DNA of 30,778 nucleotides, from assembly GCA_030740155.1 (NCBI GenBank), contig JASLXV010000081.1:1-30778 (forward strand). Direction: 5' to 3'. The position numbers and the translations under genes were made by a program. Position 1 is the first letter of the stretch. Every line of letters begins with the position of its first letter. This stretch comes from Dehalococcoidia bacterium (GTDB lineage Bacteria > Chloroflexota > Dehalococcoidia > Lucifugimonadales > UBA3495). The notes beneath the pieces were generated by a model. The model made no database searches. It was not told where the DNA came from and saw only the letters and a list, made by a program, of their open reading frames with translations. Positions 24,062 to 30,778 of this stretch are shown here, piece by piece.

Positions 24062-25342
24062 ATGCACAGTTTTCACCTTTCGACTATCGGGTGCCAAATG
24101 AATGTGGCGGACTCCGAGCGTTTGGGTACGGCTTTGGAACAGCTGGGCTTGCACTCGGTGAGCGAAGCCAACGAGGCCGACGTAATCGTTGTTAACTCCT
24201 GCGTCGTGCGCCAGAGCGCCGAAGACAAGGTTACGGGCACCCTGGCGGCGATGCGGCCGCTGAAGCGACAGGAGCCCCGCCGGCTGGTCGCGCTCATGGG
24301 CTGTTTGGTGGGGTCCAAGACCGAGGAGCTTCGCCGGAGGTTCCCGCACGTCGACGTCTTCATGCGCCCCCAGCAATTCGGCCCCCTTCTGGACCTGGTG
24401 GGGGAGCGCCTGGGCTTGGATTGGGAAAGGTGTATCGCCTCACTGGCCCCGAACCGGCCCGGCGTGGCCTGCTACGTTCCCATCATCCACGGTTGCGACC
24501 TGATGTGCACTTTCTGCATAATACCTTACCGCCGGGGGCGCCAGGCCAGCCGGCCCCTGGATGAGATAGTTGGCGAGGTGGAATTGCTGGCTGCCCGAGG
24601 GGTTAAAGAAGTCACTCTGCTGGGTCAAACGGTTGACGCCTACGGCAACGACCTGCCGGACCAGCCGGACCTGGCCGACCTGTTGGAGCGGCTTGAGCCG
24701 GTCTCCGGGCTGGAACGGATCCGATTCCTCACCTCCCACCCTTCTTTCATGGGCGAAAGAATCATCGGCGCAGTGGCCCGGCTGCCCAAGGTGTGCGAGC
24801 ACATTAACCTACCGGTGCAGGCAGGGGATGATGAAGTCCTCCACCGCATGCGCCGCCCTTACACTCGCGCCGTTTACGCCGACTTGGTCCGGCGCGTGCG
24901 TGATGCCATCCCCAATGTCGCCCTGAGCACCGACGTGATCGTCGGGTTCCCCGGTGAGACCGACGAGCAGTACCGGCGCTCCCTGGACCTGGTTTCGGAG
25001 CTGCGTTTCGATAAAGTCCACTGCGCCGCTTACTCGCCTCGTCCCGGAACCGTTGCCGGCCGTACGATGAAGGACGACATCTCTCACGAAGAAAAGACGC
25101 GGCGCCGCCGTGGCGTGGAACAGTTACAAGAGAGTATCCTGGAGGAGATCAACGCCGCGTTGGTGGGCGGTGAAGAGGAAGTGCTGGTGGAGGGGCGCCA
25201 TAAAGGCAAGTGGCAGGGAAGGACCCGGAGCAACAAGCTCGTGTTCTTCCAGGATGAAGGAGACCATCTGGGACGTTTGGAAAACGTCAAGATTACCCGG
25301 GCCACCCCCTGGTCGCTCCAGGGGACGCTGGCTGGTGGTTGA
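24062..25342 (+). CDS. miaB: tRNA methylthiotransferase MiaB
   Basis: GCQMN, NSCVVRQSAE, radical SAM GCDLMCTFC, DVIVGFPGET, YSPRPGT, C-terminal TRAM domain. Confidence 0.92.
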   Translation: MHSFHLSTIGCQMNVADSERLGTALEQLGLHSVSEANEADVIVVNSCVVRQSAEDKVTGTLAAMRPLKRQEPRRLVALMGCLVGSKTEELRRRFPHVDVFMRPQQFGPLLDLVGERLGLDWERCIASLAPNRPGVACYVPIIHGCDLMCTFCIIPYRRGRQASRPLDEIVGEVELLAARGVKEVTLLGQTVDAYGNDLPDQPDLADLLERLEPVSGLERIRFLTSHPSFMGERIIGAVARLPKVCEHINLPVQAGDDEVLHRMRRPYTRAVYADLVRRVRDAIPNVALSTDVIVGFPGETDEQYRRSLDLVSELRFDKVHCAAYSPRPGTVAGRTMKDDISHEEKTRRRRGVEQLQESILEEINAALVGGEEEVLVEGRHKGKWQGRTRSNKLVFFQDEGDHLGRLENVKITRATPWSLQGTLAGG

Positions 25343-26580
25343 ACCGAATCACCCCTACGAGGATGTCGACCGTGGTCATCAAGACCCGTAAACCTGAAAT
25401 CCCGATAACCGAGATCGAGCACTCCGCCTTCTGCAAGTCGGAAGACGAACTGCCCGCCCGGCCGTTGGCCGAAGAACTGGCTGTAAACATACGCTGGCAG
25501 AAGATCCCCGGCCAGTACCTTGATTCCACGGCCGAGGAGCTGGACGAGCGTATCCGGCGCGTCCGGGAACGCCTGGGCAAATCGGTGACCGTACTGGGAC
25601 ACCACTACCAGAGGGAAGAGGTCATCAAGCATGCCGATTTCCAGGGTGACTCCTTCCTGTTGTCTCAAGAGGCAGCCTCCCTGCCGGACGCCAGCTATAT
25701 TGTCTTCTGTGGCGTCCACTTCATGGCGGAGACCGCGTGCATCCTATGCGCGCCCCACCAGAAAGTGGTCTTGCCCAACCTCACCGCCGGGTGTTCCATG
25801 GCTGACATGGCTCCCATGGACGATGTGGAGGACGCCTGGGAGGACCTGGAACAGGTGCTGGGAGGCTCCGGCGGTATCATTCCCGTCACTTACATGAACT
25901 CCATCGCCGGCATCAAAGCTCTGTGCGGCCGCAACGGAGGCGCCGTCTGCACCTCGTCCAACGCCGCAGCCGTGATGAAGTGGGGTTTCGGGCAGGCCGG
26001 GCGGATTCTCTTCCTGCCGGACCAACACCTGGGACGCAACACCGGGCTGAAGCTGGGCATCCCCCTAGAGGAGATGGTGGTTTGGAACCCGTTCCGGCGC
26101 TTGGGCGGTAACACACCGGACCAGCTGCGCCGGGCCAAGCTCATCCTCTGGCAAGGCCACTGCTCGGTCCATACCAGGTTCACGGTGGGACAGATTCAGG
26201 CAGCTCGGGAACGCTATCCGGACATCAACGTCATCGTGCACCCCGAGTGCACCATGGAGACGGCCCAGGCAGCCGACCTGGTCGGCTCCACCGAGTTCAT
26301 CCGAAAGGCCATCAACGAGGCCCCTCCCGGCAGCAGGTGGGCCGTGGGGACGGAGATCAGCCTGGTCCACCGGCTGGCGCTGAACAACCCGGACAAGGTG
26401 GTCTTCTGCCTCGACCCGGTGACCTGCCCTTGCTCCACCATGTACCGCATTCATCCCGCCTACGTCCTGTGGGTGCTGGAAGGCCTGGCCGAAGGTCAAG
26501 TGGTCAACCAGATCACCGTGCCTGAGGACATTAGGGTCGAGGCACAGGTCGCCCTGAACCGGATGCTCGCGCTCCGGTAG
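25339..26580 (+). CDS. nadA: Quinolinate synthase
   Basis: LGHHYQR, FCGVHFMAET, AGCSMADM, CTSSNA, PDQHLG, CSVH, HPEC, CSTM. Alternative start at 25363. Confidence 0.95.
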   Translation: MNRITPTRMSTVVIKTRKPEIPITEIEHSAFCKSEDELPARPLAEELAVNIRWQKIPGQYLDSTAEELDERIRRVRERLGKSVTVLGHHYQREEVIKHADFQGDSFLLSQEAASLPDASYIVFCGVHFMAETACILCAPHQKVVLPNLTAGCSMADMAPMDDVEDAWEDLEQVLGGSGGIIPVTYMNSIAGIKALCGRNGGAVCTSSNAAAVMKWGFGQAGRILFLPDQHLGRNTGLKLGIPLEEMVVWNPFRRLGGNTPDQLRRAKLILWQGHCSVHTRFTVGQIQAARERYPDINVIVHPECTMETAQAADLVGSTEFIRKAINEAPPGSRWAVGTEISLVHRLALNNPDKVVFCLDPVTCPCSTMYRIHPAYVLWVLEGLAEGQVVNQITVPEDIRVEAQVALNRMLALR

Positions 26581-26673
26581 GGGCCGCGCCGCACCCGGTG
26601 TCCTCCATCCGGATGGATTCGAGGCCGAATCCGGACCGGTGATTCGCTAGAGGCCGGCGGAGGCGGCGCCGGT

Positions 26674-27447
26674 CTACACGGCATCCACCACTCCTCTCAG
26701 CAGCATGCCGACCACGTAGGCCAGACCCGCGGCGGTGCCCCCAACCGCCAGGGTTTCCAACCCTCCCAGATACCAGCGTCCCTCGACGACCTTGCTCTTG
26801 AGGGCCCCGACGGCAAAGAAGGCGATGCCGGTCATCACGGCGCTCCAGATGAAGGGCTGAGGCAGGCCACCCGGGACCGCCGCCTGATACAGGAACGCCA
26901 GAAGCGGCAACGATCCGGCCAACAGGAAGGCGGCAAAGGTGACGAAGGCGGCGCGCCACGGCGACCCGCCGCCAAGGGCCAGGCCAAGCTCTTCTTTGAG
27001 CATAGTATCCACCCAACGGTCCCGGTCCGCGGTCAGGACCTCCACCACTCTCTCCAGGTCGTCCCCCGAGAACCCCTTGGCGGCGAATATCTGGCGTATC
27101 TCCTCCCTTTCTCCCTCCGGCACGGTGAGCACATGATGCTCTTCCGTGCGACGGGCCTTCTCTCGGATCTGAATCTCAGCCCGCCGGCCCAGAAGGTTGC
27201 TGATCGCCATGCTGAACCCGTCCGCGATGAGGTTCGCCAAGCCAAGTATGATGACCACGCCTGAGGACAGCTCCGCCCCCAGAACCCCGGAAACCACGGC
27301 AAACGTCGTCACCGTTCCGTCGATCGCGCCGTAGACGAAGTCGGGAAAGTAGCTGTGGGTCGGGCCGGCTCGGAGCCGGGCTTGAATGGAGCTCGTCGTG
27401 TGAGCGGCCGTGAGTTGGTCCATCGAGTCGGAGGCTTGCCGGCTCAT
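26674..27447 (-). CDS. VIT1/CCC1 family iron/manganese transporter
   Basis: [41 protein letters not shown]. Confidence 0.92.
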   Translation of the reverse strand: MSRQASDSMDQLTAAHTTSSIQARLRAGPTHSYFPDFVYGAIDGTVTTFAVVSGVLGAELSSGVVIILGLANLIADGFSMAISNLLGRRAEIQIREKARRTEEHHVLTVPEGEREEIRQIFAAKGFSGDDLERVVEVLTADRDRWVDTMLKEELGLALGGGSPWRAAFVTFAAFLLAGSLPLLAFLYQAAVPGGLPQPFIWSAVMTGIAFFAVGALKSKVVEGRWYLGGLETLAVGGTAAGLAYVVGMLLRGVVDAV

Positions 27448-27614
27448 GCCGTCTCCCGCCATCGATGATGGCTATGCAATTGCAGTGGTCACTATAGCTA
27501 TCATACCCCACCCCAGGGTTAATTCCGCATATTCAGCAAGGCTAATTGCACCACCGGAAGGTGTGCTATGATCAACCTGGGCCGAGCAGCTTCGGCGGGT
27601 CTTGCCCCAATATC

Positions 27615-27711
27615 GTCATTCTGAGGAGCGAAATGACGAGGAATCTGGTGCGGGGTTCCCTTCGGCGGCCTGGACCCACAACCCCAGAATCCTCGTTTCG
27701 CTCGGGGTGAC
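27615..27711. repeat. Inverted pair of REP-like elements (GTCATT type)
   Basis: GTCATTCTGAGGAGCGAAATGACGAGGAATCT ... AGAATCCTCGTTTCGCTCGGGGTGAC. Confidence 0.7.
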
Positions 27712-27773
27712 AAATGCCAGGGTGCTTTTAAGGCCGAGCAGCTATGGCGTGTTGGCCTAGGAGGGATGTTTTC

Positions 27774-28628
27774 GTGAGCGAGTTGCCCCCCGAGGTTTAC
27801 CGGCTGATCGACGCCGCCCTCACTGAAGACCAGGCCTTCAACGACCCCACGACCGCGGCCCTGGTGCCGGCGGAGGTCACCGGCGTGGGAATGGTTCGCG
27901 CCAAGGACCACGGCTTCTTGGCGGGAGTGGACGTGGCGCTGGCCGTCTTCCGGCGAGTGGACCCCGGCCTGGACGCCCGGGTGTTACTTGCCGACGGTTC
28001 GGCCCTCTCCCCTGGGGACGGCATCGTCCGGGTGGAGGGCCCGGCAGCCGGCATCCTGCGGGCCGAACGCACCGCGCTGAACTTTTTGCAACGAATGAGC
28101 GGCATCGCCAGCGAGACCAATCGATACGTGAAGGCCATCGAGGGGTGCCCGGCCCGCATCGTGGACACCCGCAAGACGGCGCCGGGCCACCGCTTTCTGG
28201 ACAAGTACTCGGTGCGCATGGGAGGCGGTCACAACCACCGGCTGAATATGGCCGACGGCATCCTGATCAAGGACAATCACATTCAAGCCCTGCGTTCCGA
28301 GAGGATGGGCCTCAAGGAGGTCATCCACCTGGCCCTGTCCCGCGCTTCTCACACCATCAAGGTGGAGGTGGAGGTGGAAACCCTGGAGGAGGTGCGGGAA
28401 GCGGTGGAGGCCGGCGCCCATATCATCATGCTGGACAATATGCCGGCGCCGGTGATGAAGCAGGCGGTGGACATCATTGGGGGACGGGCGCTGGTGGAGG
28501 CTTCGGGCGGTATCACCATGGAGACCGTGCGCGCCGTTGCCGAGACGGGGGTGGACCTGATCTCCATCGGCGGGCTGACCCACTCACCCCGGGCATTGGA
28601 CATCAGCCTGGACCTCGAATTCAACTGA
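27774..28628 (+). CDS. nadC: Nicotinate-nucleotide diphosphorylase (quinolinate phosphoribosyltransferase)
   Basis: ERTALNFLQRMSGIA, DTRKTAPG, NHR, LIKDNH, EVEVE, IMLDN, EASGGI. Start at GTG 27774 after AGGAGG. Confidence 0.95.
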   Translation: MSELPPEVYRLIDAALTEDQAFNDPTTAALVPAEVTGVGMVRAKDHGFLAGVDVALAVFRRVDPGLDARVLLADGSALSPGDGIVRVEGPAAGILRAERTALNFLQRMSGIASETNRYVKAIEGCPARIVDTRKTAPGHRFLDKYSVRMGGGHNHRLNMADGILIKDNHIQALRSERMGLKEVIHLALSRASHTIKVEVEVETLEEVREAVEAGAHIIMLDNMPAPVMKQAVDIIGGRALVEASGGITMETVRAVAETGVDLISIGGLTHSPRALDISLDLEFN

Positions 28629-28629
28629 G

Positions 28630-28789
28630 TTCTCTCTTGCAAATAGCTTTACGTCGGCGGAGCCGGGCGACATCCTCTCCCGACGATCGTCTTTCCGGCG
28701 AAAGCCGGAACCCACGGAAGCATTACCTGGGTCCCGGCCTTCACCGGGATAACGAACGGGATCAAGCAATCTACGAGGCACTGGACTAG
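28630..28789. repeat. Dispersed MITE/REP-like repeat (homologous to 6938-7078), ending in CTAG
   Basis: Shared AAATAGCTTTAC..GGGCGACA..ACGATCGTC block and an inverted REP pair CGTCTTTCCGGCGAAAGCCGGAACCCA / TGGGTCCCGGCCTTCACCGGGATAACG. Confidence 0.7.
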
Positions 28790-28801
28790 AAGGAGGCCAC
28801 G

Positions 28802-29329
28802 ATGGCGGCTACCGAATCCATTGGCACCGCCTTGGAGCGGAACTGGGACATGATCGACCGGGCCCTGGAGAGCCTGGATGACGCCACTCTGGCCCGGCAG
28901 CCGTCGGACCAGTGCAACTCCATCGCCTGGCTTCTGTGGCATATGAGCCGGGTGGTGGACACCTTCATGACCACCCGGTTTCGAGGGAAGCCGCAGCTAT
29001 GGATATCGGAAGACTGGCACCGGAGGTTCGGCATGGCGGGTGACCCCGATGACCGGGGAGTGGGCTGGACCGCCGCTCAGGTGGCGGCGTGGTCGGCGCC
29101 GGCCAGTGACGTGCAGATAGGGTATTACCAGGCGGTGAGAGCCGCTGCCAGGGAGTTCCTATCCTCCGTCACACCTGCCGAGCTGGAGAACACGATCGTC
29201 TTCCCGCCTTCGAACGAGCCCCGGACCGTGGCCTCCGCCCTGGGGCAGATGACCTGGGACGCCGTCTCCCACGGCGGGCAAATCGCCTATCTACGAGGGT
29301 ACTTCCTGGGGATGGGCTGGCACCGTTAG
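28802..29329 (+). CDS. DinB family protein
   Basis: NSIAWLLWHMSR and SHGGQIAYLRG (DinB/YfiT His motifs). RBS AGGAGG. Confidence 0.88.
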   Translation: MAATESIGTALERNWDMIDRALESLDDATLARQPSDQCNSIAWLLWHMSRVVDTFMTTRFRGKPQLWISEDWHRRFGMAGDPDDRGVGWTAAQVAAWSAPASDVQIGYYQAVRAAAREFLSSVTPAELENTIVFPPSNEPRTVASALGQMTWDAVSHGGQIAYLRGYFLGMGWHR

Positions 29330-29790
29330 CCGCGCCGGGGCCGCTGGCGGTCGGCGCTGTCCAGGAGGATGGTCACCGGCCCGTCGTTCACCAGATGCAC
29401 CTGCATATACTCCTGGAACCGGCCCGTGGCCACCTTCAACCCAGATTGGCGGAAGAGGTCTGTCGCGTGCTCATAGAGCCGCCGCGCCTCCTCGGGCTGG
29501 GCCGCCTGGGTGAAATCGGGCCTCCGGCCTTTGCGGGTGCCCGCGTAGAGGGTAAACTGGCTGACCAATAAAAACTCCGCCCCTACATCCAGGGCGGAGC
29601 GGTTGAAGCGGTTCTCTTCGTCGGCGAAGATTCTCAGGTTGACTATCTTGTCTACCAGGTACTGGGCGTCGGACTCCTCGTCTTCCCTGCCGACCCCCAA
29701 GAAGATCACCAGGCCGGGGCCGATTCGCCCCACTTCCAGGTCCTCCACCAGCACCGTGGCGCTCGCCACTCGTTGGATTAACGCCCGCAA
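29326..29790 (-). CDS. dtd: D-aminoacyl-tRNA deacylase
   Basis: RALIQRV, VSQFTL, KGRRPDF, NDGPVT. Confidence 0.95.
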   Translation of the reverse strand: MRALIQRVASATVLVEDLEVGRIGPGLVIFLGVGREDEESDAQYLVDKIVNLRIFADEENRFNRSALDVGAEFLLVSQFTLYAGTRKGRRPDFTQAAQPEEARRLYEHATDLFRQSGLKVATGRFQEYMQVHLVNDGPVTILLDSADRQRPRRG

Positions 29791-29846
29791 TGGAGCCAGC
29801 TCCCTGGTGGCATCACGTCCCTGGAGGCCCTTGCCCGGAATCGCGC

Positions 29847-30203
29847 TTAGGTAGAAGCCTTGGTATCGCTGCCGGCCTTGGCCGATGACTTATCCGAAGA
29901 GGACGAACCGTTGGAGGAGCTTTCCTTGCCGGTTACTTTGCCGTTTTCGCTGGTCGATGCGCTTTCGCCGGATTCGGATTTCTTGGCCGGGCTATCCTTC
30001 GACCCGTTCTCAATTGGCGGCTTGGGGCGGCCGTAGTCGGTGGTGTAAAAGCCGGAGCCTTTGTAGATCACCGGCACGGCGTGGAACACGCGGCGGCCCG
30101 CCCCCGAGCACGCGGGGCAAGTGCCCGTACCGGCCTCAGCAAAACTCTGGACCAACTCAAATTCGTCATCACAACTGAGACATCGGTAATCGTAGCGAGG
30201 CAC
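29847..30203 (-). CDS. FmdB family zinc-ribbon protein
   Basis: PRYDYRCLSC..CPACSG..IYKGSGFYTTDY plus a Ser/Lys-rich tail. GTG start at 30203. Confidence 0.9.
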   Translation of the reverse strand: MPRYDYRCLSCDDEFELVQSFAEAGTGTCPACSGAGRRVFHAVPVIYKGSGFYTTDYGRPKPPIENGSKDSPAKKSESGESASTSENGKVTGKESSSNGSSSSDKSSAKAGSDTKAST

Positions 30204-30268
30204 CAGGACCCTCCGGGGAAACTCCAATTAGCGCTCGGGTCGCCCGAGCGCCAAGTAACAACTAATAT

Positions 30269-30297
30269 AATTTACCAGTGGACAATCTTGCTGTCAA
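30269..30297 (-). promoter_or_regulatory. Sigma70 promoter of the FmdB-dtd genes
   Basis: TTGACA-N17-TAAATT. A leader hairpin GCGCTCGGG-TCG-CCCGAGCGC lies at 30231-30251. Confidence 0.6.
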
Positions 30298-30580
30298 ATC
30301 GAAAAACGCCGGCGGGTAGCTCGTTTCACCCAGGCCCCACCCAGCGGACCGTCGACTTGGGCGATGGCGCCGGCGTTTCCAACTGCCGGGTACCGACCGA
30401 ACACCGCGAGTCCCTCGAACCCCACGCCAGGGGCCAATGGGCACAGCCCTACGATGGCGAAAGCGGCTTGCCGGGACCGCCGGTATTTTGGGAAATCCTC
30501 CGGCGTGAGGCCACCAGCTTTGCCATCCAGGCCTCATCGGAGTATCCTAATCCGCATCAGTCTACCCGGAGGGCAAATGT

Positions 30581-30778
30581 ATGGCGGAAATTTACGTGCT
30601 GGGAGCGGGCACGCCGACCCCAACGGCAACCCGGTTTGGCAGCGCTCACGTGCTGAGCGTGGCCGGCGAGTTGCTGATGTTCGATTGCGGCCCGGCCGCC
30701 ACCCACAAGCTGGTCAAGGCCGGCCTGTTTCCCACCAAGGTTGATCACCTCTTTTTCACCCACCACCATTTCGATCAC
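30581..30778 (+). CDS. MBL-fold metallohydrolase, RNase Z/AtsA-like (truncated by the window end)
   Basis: MAEIYVLGAGTPTP..LLMFDCG..LFFTHHHFDH. Confidence 0.85.
   Translation, partial: MAEIYVLGAGTPTPTATRFGSAHVLSVAGELLMFDCGPAATHKLVKAGLFPTKVDHLFFTHHHFDH

Noticed and set aside
30300..30560. Possible gene or ncRNA between the FmdB-like and RNase Z-like genes
   Set aside because: No recognisable motif, RBS-supported start or RNA family.

Overview
GC-rich bacterial chromosome segment. The gene content (several CaiB/BaiF paralogues, cyclase, NHL, DinB, mitochondrial-type aconitase) suggests Chloroflexota/Dehalococcoidia, which is an inference. Positions ~1-916 are the end of an integrated element: IS relics and a duplicated 3' half of tRNA-fMet (att site). 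An ABC-2 exporter follows. Positions 3336-13572 hold a minus-strand catabolic cluster: three family III CoA-transferases, a divergent Bzd-type ATP-dependent aryl-CoA reductase (bzdO-N-P-Q), the BzdM ferredoxin and a stand-alone BzdV-C-terminal-like protein. Inside this cluster is an ArsM-like SAM methyltransferase whose real ORF (6059-6907) appears to read through an in-frame UGA in a Cys-UGA pair followed by a SECIS-like hairpin, i.e. a probable selenoprotein that the ORF track truncates. The remainder holds cyclase, HAD and NHL genes, a collapsed trans-sulfuration pseudogene, a DUF2089 operon with a frameshifted gene, ChdC-like, aconitase, ferredoxin, Lrp, tRNA-Ser(GCT), miaB, nadA, VIT1, nadC, DinB, dtd, FmdB-like and a partial RNase Z-like gene. 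Several REP/MITE-like repeats are scattered through the intergenic regions. All family calls come from recalled motifs, not database searches.
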